From Cystobasidiomycetes sp. EMM_F5 (Eukaryota): a stretch of DNA of 64,000 nt. Positions 51,046-63,813 of this stretch are shown here, one piece after another (positions within the stretch are counted from its first letter, which is position 1; each line of letters opens with the position of its first letter). Under the pieces are notes generated by a model, which made no database searches, was not told the origin of the DNA, and saw only the letters and a list, made by a program, of their open reading frames with translations. Both the position numbers and the translations under genes were made by a program. The stretch covers positions 62,001-126,000 of the forward strand of contig JBPGPT010000010.1 of NCBI GenBank assembly GCA_051047955.1, read 5' to 3'.

Positions 51046-52296
51046 TCATGAGATTTGCGTCTCCGCTTTTGCTGATTCTCGCTTCTGCTGCCAGGCTCTG
51101 CCGTAGCGCTTCAGCGATTCGTAAGTTGTCATACCAATTGCATTTGCCGGTACCTACAACCGCCGTCAGCTTCTCAAGCCACCGTTCATAAGCCATCCGT
51201 ACTCACGGAATAGAATACTCGGATGCCAGTTCCTCGCAAGAATGCTTTCGCACCCCCTTCTCGCCATAAATGCCTGACGATGTTGCCGATAGTCCCTTCG
51301 CTACTTGTCGCAAGCCCTTCATTCGTGATCTTACCCCCACTCGTCTGCCACCGGGTTTGCACGATATCTACCGGATTCGTTGCGATCGTGCTTATCGCAC
51401 ACGCGCCAACAGAGCAAGCCGTATATGTTAAAGTAGTCTTCGAGAAAAAGTCGTGCGTAGGCGGAGGTTGGTCTTTCGATGGCCCTTGTGCGGCGACATA
51501 ATCTGGTATATATCGTGTCTTGAAGGATTCGTATAACATCCAGTATATGGATACATAAGGTCCGAATTGTGCTAGAGAGAAGAAATAGCCGCGCCATACA
51601 CCGCGATACCCTTCGTCCCGCCAGATTTGCTTGATTAGCGTGGGCGCAGATTTCGTCTTTTCTTTCCCTGTTTGTAGGCGCTGTTTCAGAACGTCCATAG
51701 GTGTCCTACAGGGAAGTAAATCAGTAATGTTTGATATGGCAGTATTGTCCGATACTCACCATATCGCTCCAGAGGCCACTGTGATGCAGCATCAGCGGAA
51801 TGTCAGTAATATTCGGAAAAACGAAATCGCAGCGCTTACGCTCCGCAGCCAAAGCAGCAGAGACAATCAACGGCGCTTGTGCCAGTAACGTTGGCGGTTT
51901 CCCATCTGGCGTCTGTTTCAGTAGATATGGTCGGAACCCATTTTTACACGCTTCATAGGTTGTCAAGTAGAAGCATGATCCTGGCACGCTGGTAGCTATC
52001 TCAGCTGAGATCCAGGATCCCATTGCATGCGGACATACTTGAAAGCTAAAGCAATTGGAAGACCAGCATATAATTGTGTCCACGGTTTTGGGATGATCTG
52101 CCGTAATCTAGGTCGGCCGCTGCCTTGTTTCGTTTGTATCCGGACTCTTAGAGTGTCGACTACATATTCGTATGTGTCAGAGCGCTTGCACTGATATGAA
52201 GCTCGAAGCTCCCTCACGAGGATGTGTTGACAATCTTGCCACCAGCGCACTGCCAGAAGAAGCGACAATCGTTACGCCGTCCAGCCCGCCCGACAT
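51046..52296 (-). CDS. Mitochondrial carrier family (SLC25) protein
   Basis: Three PX[D/E]XX[K/R]X[K/R] signatures: HP|xDTLRVRIQ, TPMDVLKQRLQ, NPVDIVQTRWQ. Confidence 0.92.
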
Positions 52297-52714
52297 AACG
52301 ACAGATATGCAGCAGAATGGGGAATCAAATGGACGACGAAAAGGTATTGACAGAGAAATCGCAAGAACCCGTTCCCATCTTTTTTCTGAGTATCGACGAC
52401 GATCAGGAACAAAATGAGACATGTCAACGACAAGTGTACTGCAGCTGCAGAGAGCTTTTGGGCGATTATTTTGATCTTACAACAGTTCTAGACAGTTCTA
52501 GGGCTGAACAACAATGAATGACTTCTAAACAATCTACCCGAAAAATACATGTTAGTAGTAGACCTACAGGAACAATTACAGCGGGACAATGGGCGGGGCT
52601 GCACCAGATGGCTGAAATTGATCTAGGAGCAATCCATAATTTGAATCGATTGAACGCTGCTCTGTAAGATGCGACAAGATCGTCAGCCACATCTCGCAAC
52701 TTCGATGATTCTGC

Positions 52715-53787
52715 TCATGAAATACCTTCCGCGAAGAGATTGAAAGGCTCAAAGTAGCCTGAGTCTACGCGACTACAATTATCGTAGCTATCGAAGTTTT
52801 GCAATTGCCTGAGGTTCAACGTCAGCTTTTCCGGCGTTAGGCTCAAGCAGTTTGCACTCACAAGGCGAAATCCTCGATGACCGGAATATCCTCATTGTCA
52901 CTGCTTTGCATTGCCACCCTAGGCTTTTTGTACAAGGATGGCTTCCGTGAGCCTTTGCTTGCAGGTCTTTCTGCTTTTGATGGCTTCTGATACGGTTGGG
53001 CTTTTGTCCTCGCAGCCGACCGTTGGCGAGGACGGTGCGGTGGCGTGGACGGAGGGGGTGTAGGCGATGAGCGGGAGGAGCAGGGTGAGGAAGAGCTGTC
53101 GACGAGTGAAGGAGGGACGGAGTATTCCTGTATGAGTTCGTCGACCCAGTCACCGACCTTCTTGCGCTTCGGTCCAGCAGAAATAAAGTCGCGTACAGCT
53201 TGCACGGCTTTGCGCGCTTCCGGGTCGACCATCGTTGACAGGACAGGGTCGTCTACTTGTTGCATGAAATGGTGCATCGTCTCTTTGTCGCTCTCGCCGT
53301 ACTTGCGGAATAGGTCATTCCAGCCTGAGCGCTTTCGTTTATTGACGAACCAAGTAGTGAGCTGAGAAGGGCTATGGTCCGGTATCGACTGCAACAGCCA
53401 ATCGCGTCCTGCATCCGATACATACGGCCATTCCAAATGAGCTATAAACCAGGAGGACCAAGCGCAGTAGGAGTCGACACCTCCCCTTTGCGAAGCGGAA
53501 GAGGTTAGGGTCTGTTGGGTTTCATTCCTATACTTCCGTTCTGCATCGACGCAGATGTTTTGTGCCAAAATGTACGATTTAGCGATGGTTCTAATGTTGT
53601 TGAGTATTTCGTTTACGGCGGACAAGCCATCAATGTCAGGGCTCGAAACGATATGATGTAACCAATCTGCCTCCCAGCGTTTCAGTCGTAGTGATATATC
53701 CGATAGAGCATAGCCAGCTGGGATCTGGCAAGTGTCGTGGTGGATAGCTAGTAGCCGATTAATCGCGTCGTCAATGCTGGTGCACAT
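52715..53787 (-). CDS. HD1: HD1 (bE-like, TALE-type) mating-type homeodomain protein
   Basis: WFIAHLEWPYV..QLTTWFVNKRKRSGW; N-terminal helical variable domain; intron 52809-52861 and short last exon. 3' end tentative. Confidence 0.88.
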
Positions 53788-53961
53788 GGGTCGGTTGTGT
53801 GGTCTGATTGTAAAAGAAGACTTCAGTTCGGAGGGCGCATCGAAATGCGGGTGAGGCCCGTGCATACAAAAGCCATTCAATCGCCTGTTATATTCGCCAC
53901 AAGCCGGAAAGGTGCAGATGAGTCTCTTACCGTACACTGCATTCAGCATTCTGACAAAACA
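53788..53961. promoter_or_regulatory. Short bidirectional promoter between HD1 and HD2
   Basis: 174 bp between the inferred divergent ATGs; typical basidiomycete HD locus arrangement. Confidence 0.6.
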
Positions 53962-55478
53962 ATGGAAAACATTCAACCGTGGTGGGACGTTCTTTCGATT
54001 TGCAGAGAGGCCCTCGATCTGTTCGGGCCTCTCAGTGCTGGTCCCGCATACTCACCCCAAGAGGTTGATGAGCAAATGGGAATGATGCGACTTGATCTAG
54101 CTGCAAGGATCGATTCTGTTACCGGCATATACCTGGCAGAAGGCGTGGATTTGCGGATGGCCATTGCACTAAACGCGGAATATCTGGCAGCGCTGTCTAC
54201 TGCAGCCGACCAGCTTGAGCAAGCATTCGCAGCAGCATTTAGGAATGTCAGAGGCGACGAGGGGCAGCTGCATCCAATCAGAAAGGCTCTATGGAGTAGA
54301 TACGTGGAGGCTTTCGAACAACTGAAGCAAGATACTGCCAAGGATCAGTTGTGTGCGATTAAGAAGCATCTGTCGCCTAGCGTAAAGCCGCCATGCGAGC
54401 CAACAGCCGTCCTCGAGACAGCCTACTCTCACTGCACACACCCTACTCCCGCCGAAAAGGAGCGTCTCGCTCGAGCTTGCGGCCTAACTGCTCGTCAGGT
54501 TAATACATGGGTGCGCTCAGGCCATTCTCCGACCGTTAGAAGCTTTTGTCAATGACTGTTATACCATGCTTCATGCCACTTCAGTTTGCAAATCATAGAC
54601 AGAGAAAGGGCGCCATCAAGTCGGGAAGCGACAAAGCAGCATCCTCGAAAAAGCGGCACACGAGCACGCCCCGCAAATCTTCCTCGGCTTCGGTGGCGTC
54701 ACTCGCGTCTTCGAGCTCGAGCATCCAATCTCTTTCATGGTCCGCAGCGAACTCTCCCTGTCCATCTCTTGCTACTTCCGTGTCCAGTTCCTCTCTTCCT
54801 ACATTGTCAAGATCATCCTCCAACACTTCTTCATGGACAGAATCCCCACCAAGAGATACCACGCCGGACGTGTCATCATCTTTCATCAACCCTGAATATT
54901 TGGACCTGAGCTACTCCAACTCTTGCATTCAAACAATCGAGCCTGCCCTTTCCAGCGAGGGAGCGCACCATGATATTCTCTCTCGTATATCGCCGTCAAG
55001 TAACTGGCTTAATCACCTTCACACGTCCGATGTGGATGCCAGTCACAAGGACAGCATTCAAAGCTACGATGTATCGCAGTGGTCCACCTTTGGTTATGTC
55101 CCCCGTGAAGAAGTCGCTCCTCTCGCTTCTACCTCGTCGAACATGTTCGACCTTGGTAACAGCTGGGCCGCCCCAGCGGAAGGCGCTGCGGCGTGTGCCG
55201 TGCACGGCAGCAAAGATAGCACTGATCAAGACTACTGGACATGTCTCATGCAGTCCGTCGGCATTGATACGGAGGGTACAGCTTTTCTGCCCATTGATTC
55301 GAGCCTCGCATACGGTAGCGGGACTCTCCCTCTACCCGGACCCACGACCGACAATAGTAATACGCTTGACAACTTATTAAGCGATATCGATGCTACACTG
55401 TCATGGTTCCAATGCCCTCCTCTAGCCCAGTTGGAAATGGCCCCGCAATCCGTTCCAGTTCGCCCTAGTCAGCCGTAG
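53962..55478 (+). CDS. HD2: HD2 (bW-like) mating-type homeodomain protein
   Basis: TAVLETAYSHCTHPTPAEKERLARACGLTARQVNTW|FANHRQR (intron 54511-54584 between W and F); Ser-rich and acidic C-terminus. Confidence 0.88.
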
Positions 55479-56041
55479 CGAGGACTTTGTTCGATAGAGC
55501 TTCCCGTAACATAGCTCCGAACGTATGTACATAAAGCATACAGTACTTACAGCCGTGCGACTGTATGAACACTGCTTCGAACGCATATTGAGGCTGCTCT
55601 TTACGTCACCCACGTTCGCTTTCCGCGGCTCGCCAGCAGAAAGTCGATCGCGGATGGCCAGCATGAAATCCAAGCGCGATGGCGTTTAAGCGAGAGGTAG
55701 ACAAGCTGTCCAATCAGGCTGAAGCAGAGCTATCGTAGCGAGGGAAGACTCGTATTTCTCCTTTTTTTAGCTGAAGGCTCGCTTCTGAAGTAGCTCCTCC
55801 ACGCTTTTCGAGTACGAGGCAGCACAGCACCTATTACACTCTGAGCACAGGTAGTGCGTGTACTGGCGTTCCTCGGGCATCTTATCAGATAAGATTGCTG
55901 TCCAGCTGTCAGTCTTTTCATTTCTCCCGGAAAATAGGGGAAATGACACAGAATACTGACGAGACACAATACAGTGTACACCAGGTGAAGCATCAAGCAG
56001 TCTGTCTTCTTTGAACAGTACTGGTCGCAGCACGCTTCAAT

Positions 56042-58167
56042 ATGTTCGGCAAGCTCCTCGGTTCTGCGAAGATTGTCGACATCGACCAGTCGTCGTCGAT
56101 TAACGATGAGGAAGATCTAGCCCGCTTGGGCTACAAGAGCGAGTTCAAGCGAGAATTCACAAACTTGGGTACCATCTCGTTCGCTTTCTCTATCATGTAA
56201 GGTAGCTTCTGGCGGTCTCCTCCATTGATGTCGAATTGACATTTCATTTGCATTATCGACAGGGGTGTCTGTTCGTCAGTCTCGACCACTTTCGATACGC
56301 CTATGCTACTGGGAGGGCCGGCTTCCGTAATCTGGTGCTGGATCATGGGAGCAACAGGTTGGTCGAGGTTCGCAGTGGAGACAGAATACATCCTGATTGC
56401 CCGTCTGAACAGGTTGTTTCTTCATTGGTACCTCTATCGCTGAACTCGTATCCGCGTATCCTACTTCTGGTGGCCTCTACTCCGCTTCTTGCTATCTCGT
56501 ACCTGCCAGGTACAGAGGACCAGTTGGATATGTCAGTAAGTGGGATCTATTGCTACCCGCAGAGACTGTCGCTGATCTACACGTTCAGCCGGATGGATGA
56601 ATCTCCTTGGTCAAGTTGCAGGCGTTGCGAGTACAGAATTTGGTCTCAGTCGCATGATATGGGCGGCGGTAAATGTCTACTACAATGGCGAAGTAAGTTC
56701 AGGTCGCACACAACGCAGTACAGCATCTATGTCTGATTTTCGGAGCAGTACGAAGTGACTAACGAAAAGCTAGTCGGACTATTCATCGGTCTGCTTGCCA
56801 TTCATGGGTTGCTCAACACCATATCGACCAAATACCTCGCTCCAGTCACACAGTCATTTGTATTCATCAATCTCGGAGCCGCATTCGCAATCATGATTGC
56901 ACTGTTGGCGACTACTAAGGAGAAGAATACCGCAGCCTACACCTTCACTGAGGTTGTCAATCAGAGTGGATGGAGCAGTGATGGCTTTGCCTTCCTTCTC
57001 GGTCTACTGTCTGTACAATGGACTATGACGGACTGTAAGTGGCAGAGCGAAATAGCCACAATCCAATCTGACGTGATAGACAGACGATGCCGCTGCTCAC
57101 ATTTCCGAAGAAGTCCGCCGAGCGTCTATCGCTGCGCCTGTAGCCATTTTTGTTGCTGTAATGTGGGTATAATATGGTCGTAGCGTTGAAGATGTGGGCT
57201 GACTTCGATAAACAGTGGTACCGGTATCATTGGTTGGCTCTTCAATATCGTCCTCGTACTTTGCTCAGTTGACATTGGCGATCTCCCTGGACCGAGCGGC
57301 ATGAGCGTGCCTACCATTATCGCCGCTCGAGTTGGGAATGCTGGATTCTACGCACTATGGGTCTTCGTCTGCTTCACCGCTTTCGCCGTCGTCCAGACAG
57401 CCCTACAAGCGAATGCACGAACGTTCTTTGCGTTCAGCCGAGAGTAAGTCCTGTTCGTTGACAAATAGTCAACGCTCTCTGACATAGCTCTGCAGCGGTG
57501 GCTTACCAGATAGAGGTCTTTTCGCTAAGCTGGCGCCAAATCAAGTGCCGATCTGGAGTGTCTGGCTCATTGTGCTTATCAGTATAGCCATGGGTTGCTT
57601 ACAATTCGCATCGGCCGCGGCATCGAATGGTGAGCGAACATTATTCATGCGGGCTTTCACCGCCTGACATCCACCCGCAGCCATTTTCTCCTTGTGTGCC
57701 GTAGCTCTCGATACTTCCTACATGATTCCGGTGGTACGTTTCAAAGCCTGTTGTACATTGTTACGAGTCTAATCGACGGTGAATAACTACAGGCCTGCAA
57801 GCTGTTCTTCCGCGATCATCCGGAGGTGAATTACAAGCCTGGACCATTTGACTTGGGTCGAACACGAGGAGCTATCGTCAACGTTATTGCCATTTCGTGG
57901 ACAGCTTTCGAAGTGATAATTTTGGTAAGTCAACCTGATGGTTGCCGGTCGCACCAAACCTTCAGGTCTGACTGTATCCCGCAGATATTACCAATCAACT
58001 ATCCAGTCACCGCATTGAATATGAACTACAGTTGGGTCATCACCGTTGCTGTCATGCTGCTTGCGGGTCTGTGGTACTGGCTCAGCGCAAGAAAGTACTA
58101 CGACGGCCCCCGCCAGACTGTGGATCCACAGTATCTCGGAAGTACGGAAACAATTGATGAGAAATAA
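56042..58167 (+). CDS. APC-superfamily amino acid/GABA/polyamine permease (UGA4/TPO5-like)
   Basis: LARLGYKSEFKREF, GGPASVIWCW, AELVSAYPTSGGLY, QWTMTD|YDAAAHISEE, PGPFDLG; many exons. Confidence 0.93.
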
Positions 58168-58696
58168 GAAGGGACAACCTTCCCGGTGGGGTGAACGCGT
58201 AGACCTGTACGCTCAACGCGTAGTCTCAGGCTGTAAATTCATAGGTCTTCGTACGGATCTGGCGCAAGTGACTTTTTGGACAAAGGGTGTATAAGTATTT
58301 TGTATATACGTAGATAGCAGGCTCAATGATACGTCGTCACCACCTCAAGCTTAAGCTCTACTGCTGCTTCCGCCAAATTGCCAATTTTGCCACATTTGGC
58401 TTGCCCCGCCTCTCTGCGACACGACCTGCTATATGCGTCCTTCCATGTAGCTGGCGATCCGAACGGAGATCAGCATTATGAAAGTATGCTCATTCACGGA
58501 AACAACTGAAATTACAGCTGCTGTCTGGCAAATTGCAGCCTCACCGCGAATGTCTTGAAAGCTGACAACAATTAGACATGGGCTGTCCGAACGGAGAGAC
58601 TGACAGAGTCGCGAACAGAGAGTCAACGAAGTGATATGCTCTGACTTCTACACACTCACACTTCCCATCTCGACATCGTAGGTTGTCCTCCCTATC

Positions 58697-60089
58697 ATGC
58701 AAAGCATATCGCATGTGGGGCTAGACTACCTCGACTACGCTCGAACTTACAACTCGGCCATCCTTGGAGTGGTAGTATGGGTGAGTTCCATTGTTGAAGT
58801 ATCGCCTTGAGAGCAGCTTATGGATGCGCGCTTCTCCTGCAGGATTGGCTTACATCCCTGGGTAGCGAATACAGCGTCATCTGGCGGAGTGAGAGGGCTC
58901 CATACTGGGGAAAACCGCAATGATGCTAATCTTTCCCTTCTCGAACCGCAGAACCCTGGAGTCTGACGAAAGCGCTCTACATCGCCGCCCGCTACGTGTG
59001 TCTGTGCTTGGTCGGCGTCCTGTACTCGGTCTACTATGCGCGACATACTGTCTCACAATGTCAAACACTGCTTCGACTAAATTGTGTCGCCTTGATTGTG
59101 ATACAAATGACGTGTAAGTATATCTGCAAATACCGCCGGCGACGCCGTCGCTGATATACTTAGGTACAGCAATGACAATCTTGACGCAACGGGCATACTT
59201 CGTGTCAAGAAAGCGGAAATTGGTGTTGGGAGTTCTGGCCTTCCCAATAATAGCTACACTGGCGACAGGTATCGCCCATGCAGCGGTCACAATCCAAGTC
59301 GCGACAGCTCCGATGTATTCGGGCGTTTGCGTCAACGAGGCATCGAATGAAATGCTCCCACTCTCGCTGGGTGGGTCACCTCCCGCACCTGTATGGATAT
59401 GTAGACAGCTGACGTCGCTTGTAGTGTTCTTTGGACTACCAATTCTTGGACACACCCTTGCCATCTGTCTCATAGTTTACCATGCATCGCGCGACTTGAA
59501 GAGTACATCCCGGCTGCGCCGAATACTCATCATTGATGGCGTGGTGTACCTGTTGTCAGTCAATGGCATTGGCTTCGCAAATTTGTGAGTACGAGAGGAC
59601 GTAATAACAAGCAGCTCACTCCCTGATGTTTCACTCGGTTAGCATTTGCGCACTTCTAGCTGTGAAGGCATCTAGACTTCGATCTCTGAACGAGACGGCC
59701 TTGCTGTCCTTAACAGCCGTCCTTTGCTGTCGACTGCACGTGAGATTTGGCATAACTTGCTTATTATAGCTAATATTGACTTCTTCCTCAGCATCTTGCA
59801 TGTCAAAGTACAAGGTCAACAAGTCATTGTAAACCCCATCGGCACGGTGCCAGAAGTCCGCCTCACCTTGCCCGGCGCACGAAACTCTCAGCTGCTCAGT
59901 CGTTCTGGGGACAAAGGCAAAGTCGTCGTAACCGACGCTAGTGATCTGCAGCACATCAATCTCACGCTCATCCCTAGTCCCGCCATTACGTATAAGGCTT
60001 TCACAAATCTTCAGGTCGAAGAGCCGAGCGAGGACGAGCGCGACTGGCTCGAGAAGCATCCCAGCGATCCTTTCAGCCACCTGCGTTAG
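58697..60089 (+). CDS. DUF6533-type multi-pass (GPCR-like) fungal membrane protein
   Basis: Spliced VVVW|DWLTSLGSEYSVIWR|KPWSLTKALYIAARY, ILTQRAY, LRRILIIDGVVY; several hydrophobic helices. Confidence 0.7.
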
Positions 60090-60205
60090 CGATTGTCAGT
60101 ATCTGTACATTAGATGGTCTGCACGATGTAGCTGTAGTGTGCGGAGATAGGTCAATGGTATTGCGGAGTTCGCGACAACAACAGCAACAGCAGTTTGCAA
60201 AGTAG

Positions 60206-63200
60206 TCACAATTTCGCGCTTTCATCGTCGTGCAACTTTTCGACGGCAATCACTGCCACTTCCCCTGTCCCTGCGAGAGGTCCGGCTGCGGCCTGTTGTG
60301 TTTCGACCGGCCTAGCAGGTAGAGCAGGCGGCATAGTGTGAGTAGACGCGGCTATCTCAGATGACGCGACCTTTTCTTTGTCGATGTTTATCGATGTTTC
60401 TGCAAGTATAGGATGCGAATGAAGGTCCGTCGCAGGAGGAGGCACGTCCGCTTGCGTAACGACCACCGAAGCGACAGCAGGATTTGGTGAATCTCCGATG
60501 ATATTCTCCTGTTGCTGCAAGCGAACAGTGCTGGCTAGTAGTGATGACGAGACAGCTTCAGGCCGCATTGGCAGAGCAGGTGGGGTAGACGCGCGTAGCT
60601 CTTTTGCGGCGGACGAGCCAGGCGAGGTACCTCCACCATTGTATGAGCCGCTTGAACTCGCGGCGAATCTCCGAGATTCGTCCATTCCGGGGATCGCCAT
60701 CATAGCAGCCGGGCGATAGCCCGTCATGTCTGCCGTCCCAGACTGCCGCCTGTTGTGAATAGAATGTGCAGGATGCACAGGTACAGCTGACGGCGGTGGT
60801 ACGCGTCGAATGGCCGTAGGATTTGCCGGAGACGGGGAAGAAGGCAGTGTAACGGCTTCTGCCGTAGAAATCGAGGTAGTGGGCAGAGCTATACTAGGCT
60901 GGAAGTGGGAGAAGTTGCTTGGCGAGGTTGATGTTTGTGACTCGGATTTGGCATTCCCATCTAGACTGCCTGCACGTTCTGGCCTCGGCGAGCCATGTTC
61001 GTTGGCCTTGCGTGCCATACTAGACATGCCACCCAGCTCAGGAGTTCCGTTGAGATTACCGAACGAGCTGTGTGAAAGGGTCTCCTGCACAGCTTCCGCG
61101 GAGCCGTCGGGTTGAGTAAGCTTTGCGCTCTTGTATGCTTGCCAGCGGTTGCTCCATTTATTCATGGCATCTTTAGCTTGAGTCATCCCTTGATTGACAC
61201 TGGCCTGTATGGCTTGTTTATCGCTCGCTTTCGCCTTCCAGGCGTTGAGCAGCTGACTCGTGGTGTGAGTGGTAGTAGCTGAGGAGGAAGCAGAACTCGA
61301 AGCTGTCTGAGAAGTCGTACTGGGAGCAATTGATCGCAAGCTGGATGCGACCGATTTTTCCGATGTTCGACTTGCTACTGAGGGCGCGATCGACGGTGTC
61401 GGAGATGTTGTCCGCTCAATGAATTGTGCATCAGCGATAATCACATCATTCAAAGTGTCAGTCCCCGTTATTTGCGTTTTCGTGGTCGGTGCAGATACTG
61501 AAGAATCGGCGCCAGGAACATTCACTCCAGCTGCATTCTCGGGGTTTAGGGCAGCAGGGAAGGTTGCAGGGTGGGTATCCGGTACTTTACGTACACCGAT
61601 AGATTCTTCCGATGACGATGAAGCCCGAGCTCTGCCGTTTTCGAGTATGCCACGGAGGCGGTCTGCAGCCGTATCTGAAGCATCGCCACTGACTGTACTT
61701 AGCGTATCAGTGTATCGTGTGGATGACGAAGCTAGACGATACGACCGGCTTGGCTCATCCGCCTTCAGGTCAGTACGTGACTTCCGGGGTCGCAGGTCTT
61801 TATTGATTAGCGAAGGTAGATTCGGCTCGCTGTCTGCTGCATGAACTTTTGTTTTGGTAGGCGAGGATGAAGATGTGGTCCCGAACCATGCTCGCTTCCG
61901 AATTGGATCGCTTTCCTTCTCTGCACTGCCTTCCGGCGGCGCAGATTGAGTGCTCTTCAATGAGGCATCAGACGTTCTTCGAGCACTAGGTGTGTGTTGG
62001 TGTAGATTGCCGGTATCTTTCTCGTCGCTGAGCTTCGGGTTTGGCACTCCAGGTGGTATGCGTGGGGTTTCCTCATCCGCGTCGAGATCGTCTGTCGGAG
62101 GTCGAGTCTCCTCGGAGAGAGGATCGCGTACCTCCCTCAAGCAGTCTCCAAATATTCCAGCCCGGTGAAGGTATGGCTTGGTATCGAAAAATGCGATATC
62201 ATCCATGTTTGGCATGACGATGGACTCGGCAACCTGTAATTGAATATATGTCAGCCTATAAAATACTTTGATGGCTGACGATTGCCATACAAGCTCGCGT
62301 AAACGAGATTCCATTGGCTTCGTAACCATTGACCACTTGATCTGCCTAGTCGAAACGACTGGCTCGACGCTAATGACCATTCTCGGCGCATGAGTAAAGG
62401 AAAACCACAGTCGATTAGAAGGTGGAGGGTTGATCTTGAAGACCATTGTGCCTTCAAGCTCTTTCAAGACTACAGCCAGTACCAAACTAACACTATATGA
62501 TTTGAAGCGGGTTCCAAGATCTGCAAATCCATCCCGTAAGTGTGAGTCATTATTCCTTGATAGCGACGTTGCTTACTCAAGGTAGCAACTGTACCTATAG
62601 TAATACGAAACTCGCCGACATACTTGACATGCATTTCCATGCTTGCCGAACCATCAGACTTGAGCTCGCGTAGTAACGGCTTGCTGAAGAATGGTGTTGT
62701 GACTCCGACGTTGGCTTCCTTAACGACAATATCGCTCAAGAAGCTGGGCTTGTTGACTTTGTTGAGCTTCCGGACTAGCTTGCGGATAATGTAGTTCTCC
62801 ACAGCAGATGTTCCTGGCAAGTCCAGTCGCATCAGCCAACCATACAGTTCCGTGTGGAGGTGAAAAAGAGGCGTACTATACACAGAAAAAAACAAGCGGC
62901 CGATCATGGCATTCAGCCAGCGGGTCGGTATAGGATCCGGTTGTTGGTCAATAGCATCAACAAGGCGAGTCATGTCCGTTGGATCAAACAGCAGCCTGTC
63001 CTTGGCCAGATCTTCGGGATGTTCCAGCCGTGAGGCATTCAGGAGGTGATGATACCAGTCTTCTTTCTGGTGCGTGTATGTAGTCCAAATGTACCAATTC
63101 TGGTTCTGCCCGTGTTCCGATGTGTCTGCGCCTGTACCAGCATTTTGACGATGCAGCGGATTGGAGCCATTTGATAGATACAAAGGATCGCGCGGTCGCA

Positions 63201-63813
63201 GGCATATCGCGTTGCGCTTCATGAAAAGCTCTCCTTCTATCAGTCCTTCCGGGTAAATGACGACATCACATAAAGTAAGCGGGATGGCTGCGCATATTTC
63301 CGCTTCGTGTTCGTCAGAATACAGGTATAGCGCTGTATCCTTCAAAACAGCGTAGTAGCGGTCCTTGTACTTTGCTCTTTTGGGATCTAGTTTACGGGAT
63401 TCCATAAATGACCGAGTAAACGAGTTGATGGATTCCATGTAAGTCCCTTTCGCAGCCGGTATATCCGCGGCGACACTGCTAGAAGAAGCTGCATTCGGTG
63501 CTGCCCCATTGCTAGCGACTTCAGTCGCATTTGCTACCGCCGTGGCAGCAGCAGCCGAATTGAATGTCCGGCGAGCTATTATCCAACCACGCGGAGCTCT
63601 ATTGGGGCTGCCCGCATCTTTCGTTACAGACGTAGCATCGAAGCCATCGTCGACCTTGTCCTTGCCGGTGAGAAAGTCACGGCCTCTGTCAATTGCAGGC
63701 CGAAACGACGTATGCCGGTAGTAGATGTAGACGAGCGACGCTGCAAGCAGGATGGGGAGAAGCGTCACACCGCCAAAGATGTAGGCCGCAATGAGAGTCC
63801 ATGGCAGTCCCAT
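60206..63813 (-). CDS. NVJ2: Nvj2/TEX2-like TM-PH-SMP lipid-transfer protein
   Basis: N-terminal TM AYIFGGVTLLP; PH YYAVLKDTALYLY..KEDWY; SMP TRWLNAMIGRLF, KINPPPSNRLWFSF, VMPNMDDIAFF; long disordered tail. Confidence 0.9.

Noticed and set aside
52482..52501. ACAGTTCTAG tandem duplication downstream of HD1 as a transposon footprint
   Set aside because: Single short duplication with no other mobile-element evidence.
52297..58696. Pheromone precursor ORFs in the spacers around the HD genes
   Set aside because: No short ATG ORF ending in CAAX or carrying tandem peptide repeats was seen by eye.
58697..60089. STE3 pheromone receptor next to the HD locus
   Set aside because: Lacks STE3 hallmarks (e.g. 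PVWCDI); motifs fit the DUF6533 type.
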